A program made the translations under genes and the position numbers. Below, piece by piece: positions 19,929 to 28,848 of a stretch of 57,417 nt of DNA (within the stretch, counting starts at the first letter, position 1; each line of letters begins with the position of its first letter). Source of the stretch: Coleofasciculus sp. B1-GNL1-01 (GTDB lineage: Bacteria > Cyanobacteriota > Cyanobacteriia > Cyanobacteriales > Coleofasciculaceae). The notes under the pieces were generated by a model that saw only the letters and a list, made by a program, of their open reading frames with translations, made no database searches and had not been told where the DNA came from. The stretch lies in assembly GCA_040220235.1 (NCBI GenBank), contig JAVJTO010000046.1, one strand, 5' to 3'.

Positions 19929-21653
19929 TTAACGTTCATCGTTCTCACCGACTGATTGAGAACGTTGATAGAGGTGAACCGTGAATTGGTCTATATCCAT
20001 TGTTCCCACCAGTGGCTGGGTTTTGACCAACTCATATTCAGAGGTTAAAGTGGTTTGGATGTTTTGTTGAAACTGGAGTTTTTCTGCCTGGGTTTCAGGT
20101 TCTGACCAAACGGGATCGCCGCTATCTAACCAGAGTACACGCGGAAAGTTGCCCGTTTGAGTATCCAAGGTTGTCTCTAATGCTGGAGCCAGTTTCGCGG
20201 GGGATTGCGCCAGTAAGGTTACGGGCAAATCGGGGGGAATATAATAGGCTAAACGGAGGACGTGACCCCAAGCCTGGGAATTCATGGCGATTAAGGTAGG
20301 AGTGGTGGGTTCTTGCTCGATGAAGTCAGCGATTTGATGGAACATTCGGCGATCGCGTAATGTGAAATCCCCGATACTGATCACTAGATAGAACCCTAAC
20401 ACTATCGCAGCAGCGAGGGGTCGCCATTTTCCCATTGTCCGCTCAATCCAGGCGGCGATTAAGAGCAAGCATCCGGGTAAAATAAAGATCATCGATCGCC
20501 CCCAGCCAAAGCCAACGGTAAACTGACCCTTGACAATATCCACCATTAACGCCAGGACAAGGGGAAAAATCCCCAACAGTAACGCCACACCCAAAACCGT
20601 GTAGTGATGCTGACGCCACAGTCTGATACTACAGACAACCAGGAGTGCGATCGCGCCTATCCCAGCGATGGTAGCACTGACCAGGGGCAAACTGGTCACC
20701 CAATCCCCCAACACTAAATGAATGCCTAGGGTTTGCGTCACTCCTTCGAGGTGTTTTCCTACCGTTTCTATCCAGGTTTGAGTCCCGCCAAACCGCTCTA
20801 AATCAGCATTCCGTAGCTGTTGTCGGGTTCCCCATAATACCCAAGGAATCATTAATATGATCCCCGCCGCAAATCGTAGTCCATGTTGCCACCAATGTTG
20901 CCGATCTAACCATAAGACTAAGACAGCTAGAGCGACGATAAAAAAGGCAAAGTAATAAAAGGTGAGAAACCCGGCGGTAATGGAACCAATGAAGACTAGA
21001 TTCCATAAGAGTTTAGTATAGAAACTTGATCCCTCATCATCCTTGTATTCTTTATCGGGAACCGTTAGCCTTTTGGGTTCAATCAATTCCAGCGCCGCCC
21101 AAGCACTAAGAATCACCCACAACAATAGTGGACCATACATGCGGACATTGAGCGAGTGAAAGAGATAATAAGCATTAGTGCCTAAAAGAGCCGCCAATAG
21201 CAAACCACCTTGATGACCCAGCAAACGACGACCTAAACCGTAAGCGCTACCGATTGCACCGATACTGAACAGAACGTTCAAACTGCGTGTCGCGGCTACC
21301 CCATTACCGAACAGTCGTAACCAAAGATGTTGACCCAGAAAAAATAGAGGCGGATGGGGTTCACCAGCTAATCCTTGGAGCAACTTTTTTAGAGTGGCTG
21401 GGATAGCACCGATACCGTTTTCTACGGGTAAACTTAGTAACGCTGTATACTCGGCTAAGGTAACAGGCAACTCCTTCGGCGTGGAATAGGACGTTTTTTG
21501 ACCTGTAGACAGCAGCAGGGACAACACCTCGTCGTACCAAAATTCTCGGCTACTTAAGTTGACGAGTCTTAACAGTACTGCGATCGCGATCGCGATCAGT
21601 AATGCCCAAGAAAATGTCCGGGAGAGTTTAGAGAGGGGAAAACTTCGGCTCAT
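19929..21653 (-). CDS. GT-C membrane glycosyltransferase (GT39/ArnT-like)
   Basis: FWYDE, HPPLFF and RMY motifs, many TM helices; co-oriented upstream of the DPM1-GtrA gene. Confidence 0.85.
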   Translation of the reverse strand: MSRSFPLSKLSRTFSWALLIAIAIAVLLRLVNLSSREFWYDEVLSLLLSTGQKTSYSTPKELPVTLAEYTALLSLPVENGIGAIPATLKKLLQGLAGEPHPPLFFLGQHLWLRLFGNGVAATRSLNVLFSIGAIGSAYGLGRRLLGHQGGLLLAALLGTNAYYLFHSLNVRMYGPLLLWVILSAWAALELIEPKRLTVPDKEYKDDEGSSFYTKLLWNLVFIGSITAGFLTFYYFAFFIVALAVLVLWLDRQHWWQHGLRFAAGIILMIPWVLWGTRQQLRNADLERFGGTQTWIETVGKHLEGVTQTLGIHLVLGDWVTSLPLVSATIAGIGAIALLVVCSIRLWRQHHYTVLGVALLLGIFPLVLALMVDIVKGQFTVGFGWGRSMIFILPGCLLLIAAWIERTMGKWRPLAAAIVLGFYLVISIGDFTLRDRRMFHQIADFIEQEPTTPTLIAMNSQAWGHVLRLAYYIPPDLPVTLLAQSPAKLAPALETTLDTQTGNFPRVLWLDSGDPVWSEPETQAEKLQFQQNIQTTLTSEYELVKTQPLVGTMDIDQFTVHLYQRSQSVGENDER

Positions 21654-21966
21654 CAGAGAGGGCGATAGACACAAGAGTAGGTTCTTTGCCAGTTTAATCG
21701 ATTATTTGGCGGTATTTTTCTTTCGCTACATTAATCTTGACGAAAAAGGCGGGAGTGCAATCCATCCTCCCAGAGAGTTTATCGTGCGATCGCCCTTTCC
21801 CCTAGCTGACTTTTCACGGGAAGTCTTGAAACCGACTTGGTAGGGGAATGAGTGATACCGACGTTGCGTTCAAAGATAGCAGATAGAGTAGATGGGGTGA
21901 GAGGGTGAGAGGGTGAGGGGGAGATAGGGAGAAAAAGAAAGTTCTACATTAGACTGCAACTTGGTA

Positions 21967-22097
21967 TAAGTCCTTGGACATAAATTCTCTCTGCTGTACT
22001 CAGAAAGGTTGACAACCGTCAAATCCTTACTGTTCCTTGTTTACCCTGCCCTGTTCCTTAATCTCAACCTTCAAGTTTCATTATGTACAACTACTTA
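21967..22097. mobile_element. IS630-type MITE (TAAGT...ACTTA ends)
   Basis: Left end TAAGTCCTTGGACATAAAT versus reverse complement of right end TAAGTAGTTGTACATAAT; internal CTGTTCC(T/C)TAATCTCAACC shared with 49072-49218. Confidence 0.6.
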
Positions 22098-22173
22098 GGA
22101 TCGTTATAATCAGGGATGAAGTTGATCACTCATTTTGCTGATTAACCGACATAAAATGACCGAGTAAAATAGT

Positions 22174-23361
22174 ATGAAGGAAATGATCAAAAAATTATCG
22201 CAATTGCTGGCTTTAGGATTAGCTATCAGTTTAAATCCTTTCTCATTTCCTACTTTTAGACAGGCGGCGCTATCTCAATCAACTAATGAATTTAGAACCT
22301 TTATGGATTGGTGTCTCAATCAAGAGAAGCTCTCAAGAGGCGCTAAACATACTGTTCAGACTTTGCTCCGGTATGTCGAAACTAATGATTGTCAGCAAGC
22401 CGCTCAAGAAATCGCGATAATTTATGATCTCAATCTCGGCAGTAATAAAATAACAGATATCAGCCCCCTCTCCGGACTTAACAATCTTGCTGAACTTGAC
22501 CTCGGTAGTAATCAAATCAGAGATATCAGCCCTCTCTCGGAACTCACCAATCTTGCTGAACTTGACCTCGGTAGCAATCAAATTAGAGATATCAGCCCCC
22601 TCTCCGGACTCACCAATCTTGCTAAACTCGACCTCAGTGAGAATCAAATAACCGACATAAGCCCTCTCGCCGGACTCACCAATCTTGCTGAACTTGACCT
22701 TAGTTTCAATAAAATAACAAACATCAGCCCCCTCTCCAGACTCACCAATCTTGCTGAACTCGACCTCAGTGAGAATCAAATAAGAGATCTACGCCCCCTC
22801 GCCGGACTTACCAATCTTGCTGAACTCGATCTCAGGGGTAATAAAATAACAGATATAAGCCCTTTCTCCCGACTTGCCAATCTTGCTGAACTTGATCTCA
22901 GTGAGAATCAAATAAGAGATATAAGTCCTCTCTCCCGACTCACCAATCTTTCTGAACTCTACCTCTGGGATAATCAAATAAGAGATCTAAGCTCTCTTTC
23001 CGGACTTGCTAATCTTTCTGTACTTGACCTCAGTGAGAATCAAATAACTGATCTAAATTTCCCCTCCGGACTCACCAATCTTTCTCAACTCAACCTCAGT
23101 GGTAATCAAATAACAGATATAGATTCCCTCTCTAGATTTACCAATCTCTCTTCCCTCAATCTCCGTGATAATCAAATAACAGACATCAGCCCCATCGCCG
23201 AACTCACCAATCTTTCTTACCTCAATCTCCGGAATAATCAAATAACAGATGTAAGTTCCCTATCTGGACTGAACAATCTTTCTGGACTATCCCTAATGGG
23301 TAATCCACTTGCTGAATTAAAGTGTCCTGTAGAGCCAGAATCTATTTGTATCTTTAGATAA
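22174..23361 (+). CDS. Secreted internalin-type leucine-rich repeat protein, 13 full 22-aa repeats
   Basis: L..LDL..NQI.DISPL..LTN repeats (66-bp DNA units), signal peptide, Cys-containing N- and C-caps. Confidence 0.92.
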   Translation: MKEMIKKLSQLLALGLAISLNPFSFPTFRQAALSQSTNEFRTFMDWCLNQEKLSRGAKHTVQTLLRYVETNDCQQAAQEIAIIYDLNLGSNKITDISPLSGLNNLAELDLGSNQIRDISPLSELTNLAELDLGSNQIRDISPLSGLTNLAKLDLSENQITDISPLAGLTNLAELDLSFNKITNISPLSRLTNLAELDLSENQIRDLRPLAGLTNLAELDLRGNKITDISPFSRLANLAELDLSENQIRDISPLSRLTNLSELYLWDNQIRDLSSLSGLANLSVLDLSENQITDLNFPSGLTNLSQLNLSGNQITDIDSLSRFTNLSSLNLRDNQITDISPIAELTNLSYLNLRNNQITDVSSLSGLNNLSGLSLMGNPLAELKCPVEPESICIFR

Positions 23362-23366
23362 TCAAT

Positions 23367-23434
23367 TGTAGGGGCGGGTTTAGCCCGTTTAATATTGGAA
23401 TCCTACCGATAACCTCTCAACAAAACCCACCCCT
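23367..23434. repeat. REPIN-like inverted repeat
   Basis: TGTAGGGGCGGGTTT...AAACCCACCCCT just after the LRR stop codon. Confidence 0.8.
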
Positions 23435-23455
23435 CGTCATAAAAGGGCGGTATAA

Positions 23456-23469
23456 GTAGCGAATGTTAC
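23456..23469. promoter_or_regulatory. Possible NtcA box upstream of pckA
   Basis: GTA-GCGAATGT-TAC fits GTA-N8-TAC, but there is no clear -10 box at the canonical distance; may be chance. Confidence 0.2.
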
Positions 23470-23862
23470 CATTTGGCAGGATTTTGGATCGAGCCTTTGT
23501 TCAGTGGCGATAGCGTTGTTGCCGTTAAGTTTATCAACCATGATAAACCGAGGAACATTGATCTGTTCCGACAATAGTGCATTATACTTGTTGTCAGCAT
23601 AATATATTCCCGATAATTAGCCAAGCTTAATTGTCATTAAACGTTGACATTTGCCCCATTTAAGCTTGACAAATTTTATGGTTTAAGCAACAAGAATACT
23701 GATGCTCATTTTTATTTACAAAAAATAAAGAAAAAATATTAACTAATTTAAATAATTGTGAATTCGTAAAATACAACACGATTTTTCTGATACAAATAAA
23801 CCTAGGAAATATTTCTTATGGCAAACGCAAGTTCACGCTTATAGAGTGTAGAAGGTGCTGAT

Positions 23863-25530
23863 ATGAACGAAAATACTTACGAATTGGAATCCGAACTTAA
23901 AACCTTGAACCACGTCTATCAGACATTATCTGAAGTCAATCCTCAGATGAATGATGAGAGTTATGGACTAGAATCTCTGGGATTACGGAACCTTGGTCAT
24001 CTGTATCACAATCTCCCGGTTCCCCAGCTTATTGAAGAAGCCCTAAAACGGCATGAAGGCGTTCTCGCTGCCAATGGCGCTCTTTGTGTAGAAACAGGCA
24101 AATACACCGGACGTTCTCCGGCGGATAAATTCATCGTTGATGAGCCGGGGCTGCATGAGGAAGTGAACTGGAATAAAGTCAATGTTCCCATATCACAGGA
24201 AAAATTTGACTTACTTTATAAACAGATGTTGGCTTATTTGCAAGGCAGGGATCTGTTTATCTTTGATGGATATGTCGGCGTTGATCCGCAATATCGCCTG
24301 GGTGTACGAGTTATTAACGAACTCGCCTCGCAAAATTTGTTTGCTCATCAAATGTTCCTCCGCCCAACTCCAGAGGAACTGACTTCCCATAACCGCGAAT
24401 TAACCATCATTGCAATTCCTGGTTTACAGGGAGACCCCGAGATTAATGGTATCCATAGTGAAGCCTTTATTGTCGTCAGCTTTGCCAAACGGCTGGTTTT
24501 GATTGGCGGTTCGCGCTATGCCGGTGAAATCAAAAAATCGGCATTCTCATTCATGAATTATCTGATGACCAAGCGCGATGTTCTGCCTATGCATTGTTCC
24601 GCCAATATGGACAAAAAAGGGAACACCGCGTTATTCTTTGGGCTTTCAGGGACAGGGAAAACCACCTTATCCGCTGATCCGACACGGCATCTAATTGGGG
24701 ATGACGAACATGGATGGTCAGAACGGGGTATCTTCAACTTTGAAGGAGGTTGTTACGCCAAAACCATTCGGCTGTCGCGGACGAATGAACCCCAGATTTG
24801 GTCAGCGATTCGCTTCGGGTCAATGATGGAAAACGTGATTCTCGACCCAGCAACCCGCATTCCTAATTATGATGATGGTCGCCTCACGGAAAATACACGA
24901 GTCGCTTATCCGGTCGATTATATTCCTAATTGTGTCATTCCGGGTATTGGCGGTCATCCCGGAACCGTTATTTTCCTCACCGCAGATGCCTTTGGTGTAT
25001 TACCACCGATTACTAAGCTGACCAATAATCAGGCAATTTTCCACTTCATGTCGGGTTACACCAGCAAACTCGCGGGTACAGAACGGGGAATTACTGAACC
25101 TCAAGCCACCTTTTCTGCTTGTTTCGGTCAACCGTTCCTTCCCCTATCGCCAACTGTCTACGGCGAGATGTTATTTGAACGACTGGTTAAATATGATGCC
25201 AATGTCTATTTAGTGAATACTGGGTGGACAGGTGGACCTTACGGCGTTGGCACACGTATCCGGATTCAAGACAGTCGCGCCATGGTTGCAGCGGCGTTGA
25301 GTGGGGAGTTGGAACAGGTACAATACTATCACCATCCCATCTTCAAAATCTTAGTGCCAAAATCAGTTCCCGGTGTTGACAGCAGCATTCTCAATCCCCA
25401 AAATACCTGGAGTGATCCCCAAGCCTACGAGACACAAGCGAAGGATTTGGCGAAACGATTTGTGGAAAACTTTAAGAAGTTTCCCAATGCGCCGCGTGAA
25501 GTGAAGGAAGCCGCACCTGTTTTTGAGTAA
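23863..25530 (+). CDS. pckA: Phosphoenolpyruvate carboxykinase (ATP)
   Basis: TGRSPADKF, YAGEIKK, MHCSAN, GLSGTGKTT, IGDDEHGW, NFEGGCYAK and ENTR motifs. Confidence 0.97.
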   Translation: MNENTYELESELKTLNHVYQTLSEVNPQMNDESYGLESLGLRNLGHLYHNLPVPQLIEEALKRHEGVLAANGALCVETGKYTGRSPADKFIVDEPGLHEEVNWNKVNVPISQEKFDLLYKQMLAYLQGRDLFIFDGYVGVDPQYRLGVRVINELASQNLFAHQMFLRPTPEELTSHNRELTIIAIPGLQGDPEINGIHSEAFIVVSFAKRLVLIGGSRYAGEIKKSAFSFMNYLMTKRDVLPMHCSANMDKKGNTALFFGLSGTGKTTLSADPTRHLIGDDEHGWSERGIFNFEGGCYAKTIRLSRTNEPQIWSAIRFGSMMENVILDPATRIPNYDDGRLTENTRVAYPVDYIPNCVIPGIGGHPGTVIFLTADAFGVLPPITKLTNNQAIFHFMSGYTSKLAGTERGITEPQATFSACFGQPFLPLSPTVYGEMLFERLVKYDANVYLVNTGWTGGPYGVGTRIRIQDSRAMVAAALSGELEQVQYYHHPIFKILVPKSVPGVDSSILNPQNTWSDPQAYETQAKDLAKRFVENFKKFPNAPREVKEAAPVFE

Positions 25531-25692
25531 CTGTTCCCAGTTTTTGCCGCAACACCCTTTACTTTAGGGTTGTTGTGGACAAGAACTTGAACGGGTAAGG
25601 GTACATAACTGTTATTGGTGTCAATTGAAGCAAACCCATTATCCATGGTGTGGAGACGTAGCCTGCTACGTCTCTACATTTATAGTTAGGTC

Positions 25693-25757
25693 TGTAGGGG
25701 CGGGTTTTACCGATAACGTTTTGGAAAAAACCGACAACTGTACTAAACCCGCCCCTA
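25693..25757. repeat. REPIN-like inverted repeat, preceded by a GAGACG-type REP palindrome at 25649-25678
   Basis: TGTAGGGGCGGGTTT...AAACCCGCCCCTA. Confidence 0.85.
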
Positions 25758-26022
25758 ATAGGGGAAGTATGTAGAGATGCAATAGTCTTCCAGAGTTGAG
25801 GAAACCCAAGCGTGAGAGATCGCTGGGCACATAGAAGGACTAGACTACACTAGACTATCATAAAAAATTGGCTTGGGAAATCTTTCTTGCCCAGAATAGA
25901 AAAGTCTCAAGGTTGACTCATGAATTGACTTTCACCTTTCATCCCTATTCCTTATCTTTCATCTGAGGACAGAAAAATGAGAGCCGAATTCTTTATATCT
26001 CTCAACCCTCAAAACTTCGGGT

Positions 26023-26083
26023 GGGGCGGGTTTAGTCACATCAGGGCGGCAAAAAAACGATAATCGTGAAACCCGCCCCTACA
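26023..26083. repeat. REPIN-like inverted repeat
   Basis: GGGGCGGGTTTAGTCACATC...AAACCCGCCCCTACA; first 20 nt identical to the 11515 copy. Confidence 0.85.
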
Positions 26084-26099
26084 AAAACGCTTTCATCCC

Positions 26100-27074
26100 T
26101 CATCCCTTGAGCAAAGCTTCAAAGGACTCATTTCCCCGTAGATTGTCAAAATCTGAGTCAGTTTGGGCTAAGGTGAGATATTCACTCGGATTTAAGCGAA
26201 TCGCTGCTTGTAAACTCGCGATCGCACTCTCCTGATTTCCCAGTAAGGCATAGCAACAGGCTTGGTTGTACCAGGCGTATTCGTCTTCTGGATCTGAGGC
26301 TAATGCTTGGTCATAACTCGCCACGGCTTCGGCATATCGAGCCAGTTTTCGCAGCAGTTCCCCTCGCTGATACCAACTCCAGGGGTCAGTGGGTTTGATG
26401 TCCAACGCCCGATCATAGCTAGCCAAGGCGTCTTCTAAGCGTCCCCATCGGCGCAGGGAATCTCCCCGTCGATACCACGCCCAATAATCATCAGGTCGAG
26501 TTTCTAAGGCTTTTTCGTAGCTGGTAATTGCCTCTCCATACCGTGCCAAATGCCGCTGGGCGTCACCTAAGCGATACCAACTCCAGTAATCGGTTGGTCG
26601 AAGCTTCAGGGCTTCCTCAAAGGAGGTAATCGCTTCCTTGTACCAATCCAAATCTTCTAGGGCGACCCGTCCCCGATTGTACCAAGCCCAATAGTCATCG
26701 GGTCGAGTATCCAGGGCGTGATCGTAACTGGCGATCGCGTCTTCGTAGCGTTGTAATTCTCGCAGTACCTGGGCGCGTTGACACCAACTCCAGTAATCGG
26801 TGGGCTTTTCGGCTAACGCTTGGTCATAACTGCTTAACGCTTCCGAGTAATGTCCCAATGCATCTAAAACATCGGCTCGCCAGTACAGCGCCCAAAAATC
26901 ATGGGGCTTGTAGTCTAAAGCCCGATTATAGCTGGTCAGGGCATCTTCATAGCGCCCCTCATCGCGCAATCCATGCCCTTGATTTAACCAATCTCTATAG
27001 CTATCAGGTCTGCACTCTAGCACTCTGTAGATAGTATGGGCAGGTGTCTGCCTCATCGATAATGTTGTACTCAT
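26100..27074 (-). CDS. Tetratricopeptide repeat protein
   Basis: About 8 repeats of ~34 aa (EA..SYD.AL...P.DYW.W..RG) and a C-terminal AWYNQACCYAL...A.TDSDFD cap. Confidence 0.92.
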   Translation of the reverse strand: MSTTLSMRQTPAHTIYRVLECRPDSYRDWLNQGHGLRDEGRYEDALTSYNRALDYKPHDFWALYWRADVLDALGHYSEALSSYDQALAEKPTDYWSWCQRAQVLRELQRYEDAIASYDHALDTRPDDYWAWYNRGRVALEDLDWYKEAITSFEEALKLRPTDYWSWYRLGDAQRHLARYGEAITSYEKALETRPDDYWAWYRRGDSLRRWGRLEDALASYDRALDIKPTDPWSWYQRGELLRKLARYAEAVASYDQALASDPEDEYAWYNQACCYALLGNQESAIASLQAAIRLNPSEYLTLAQTDSDFDNLRGNESFEALLKG

Positions 27075-27174
27075 AGTTTAGTCTTGAAATTATGTAACGG
27101 ATAGTGAAGTGGTGACTAATAATCAATGACATAAGACATAAGACTAATGACCACTGACATAAGACAAATAGCTC

Positions 27175-28392
27175 ATGTTACCCACACCACTGCTAATTTA
27201 TCGACAAAATGGAGAAGAAATCATCCCCAAGCGGTTGCCGATTAACCCACGAACCTGTGATATCGCCACGGATTTAATCACCTGTTTCCGGGAGGCGGTG
27301 GGTCATACCCAAGGTGAACTCAATAGCCAGCTTTCTGAATTAGAAGGAGATAGTCCTGATTATCGCCTTAAACGGGGACTAGCACATCTGCTCAAAAATA
27401 ATTTCAGCACCTTTGAAATTGTTAGTCCCCTAGAACCGAAAGAACTGCGACAACGGGTTTTTACCCTATCTGCTCAATCCCTCCCCTGTCGCGCTGCTAC
27501 GGAAGCTACGCTAGAAACCCTCAGTAGTACGCTTACTCAAGAATTACACCAAGAGGTGCTACCGTCGCAAATTCGCACGGGGCTTTATGCGGATTTGCCG
27601 GAAAATCGGATTCTCACCCAGTTTGATGATCCCGCGCCGGAAGCCTTGCTGCATCGTTACAACTTATCTCAAGTCCAAGGGATTTTCTACAAAGCCTCTG
27701 AGATGATTCTCAATGCTCATCGGAATGTACCGGGGGAATATAAATTACTGTTTCGTTATTTAAAGTTATTTGGCTTAATGACCTATATCGAAGGCGATGC
27801 CGATCACGGGTTTACGATTACTATAGATGGACCTGCCAGTTTATTTAAAACCAGTACCCGCTATGGACTCGCGATCGCGAAACTAATTCCGGCTCTACTC
27901 CATGTTACCCGTTGGAGTCTCAAAGCCACGTTACAGATGCGTGATCCCTACACGGGAACGTGGAAAACTGGACGATTTTGCCTCAATGATAAGTGTGGGT
28001 TGGTGACTCATTATCCCCCTGGTAAGCCTTACGACAGTATGATTGAGGCATCCTTTGCCAACCGTTGGGACTCGCTGAAAACAGAGTGGATACTGGAACG
28101 AGAAGTAGATTTGGTTCCGATTCCGGGGGGTGTGATGATTCCGGATTTTCGGTTGGTGCATCCCGATGGGCGAGATATGTTATTAGAAATTGTTGGGTTT
28201 TGGCGTCCCGACTATCTGCAAAAGAAATTTTCTCAAGTTCGGCGGGCGGCTTGTGATAATTTAATTTTGGCAATTTCTGAGCGACTCAATTTGGATAAAG
28301 CTGGGGTTAAGCTTGAACGTGTACCTGCTCAAATTATTTGGTTTAAAGATAAATTATCACCCAAGGCGGTACTAGAGGTATTAGATCAATGA
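27175..28392 (+). CDS. DUF790-family (Bax1-like) PD-(D/E)XK nuclease
   Basis: LLHRYNLSQVQG, IDGPASLF..STRYG, YDSMIE..F and MIPDF...LLEIVGFW motifs. Confidence 0.85.
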   Translation: MLPTPLLIYRQNGEEIIPKRLPINPRTCDIATDLITCFREAVGHTQGELNSQLSELEGDSPDYRLKRGLAHLLKNNFSTFEIVSPLEPKELRQRVFTLSAQSLPCRAATEATLETLSSTLTQELHQEVLPSQIRTGLYADLPENRILTQFDDPAPEALLHRYNLSQVQGIFYKASEMILNAHRNVPGEYKLLFRYLKLFGLMTYIEGDADHGFTITIDGPASLFKTSTRYGLAIAKLIPALLHVTRWSLKATLQMRDPYTGTWKTGRFCLNDKCGLVTHYPPGKPYDSMIEASFANRWDSLKTEWILEREVDLVPIPGGVMIPDFRLVHPDGRDMLLEIVGFWRPDYLQKKFSQVRRAACDNLILAISERLNLDKAGVKLERVPAQIIWFKDKLSPKAVLEVLDQ

Positions 28393-28486
28393 ACGGTGAT
28401 CACCGTAGGGGCGCACCGACGTGCGCCCCAGTATGCAAGGCTTGCGCCCCAGTATGGTTCCTGGGTACAGCGTCATGGTTCCAGGG

Positions 28487-28597
28487 TATAGCAACCGCCA
28501 AGGCGGTTAGACAGATCATTGATGTAGAGAGACGGCATGGCGCGTCTCTACCCATGGAAATCGGGAATGTCCCTATATCTGGAAAAGAATGATTATA
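28487..28597. mobile_element. Degenerate TATAGCA-type MITE carrying a GTAGAGA REP palindrome (28524-28551)
   Basis: Left end TATAGCAACCGCCAAGGCGGTTAG matches the TIR of 44056-44149; right end degenerate. Confidence 0.5.
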
Positions 28598-28848
28598 ATG
28601 AGTTGAAAGCGAGGAAAATTTCACACCCAAGTTAGCTGCTTGGGGACAGCAAGAAGGAAAAATTAAGAACAACGGGTGCATGGATACCTACTAAATGTTT
28701 ATAACCTAATACATTCACGGCGTTAATGCAGACAAGTTCAGGATCATCAGGAGTGCCATACCGATTTGAGGCGGATGCTGATAGCCTCAATTATCCAGTT
28801 CTATCACTACAGAACAGATAGGTTGATTGTTTACTAATAAGTAAGTTT

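Noticed and set aside
22333..23241. Antisense repetitive ORFs within the LRR gene, and similar ones inside the ATPase, FHA, CHAT and TIR genes
   Set aside because: Shadow frames of long coding sequences.
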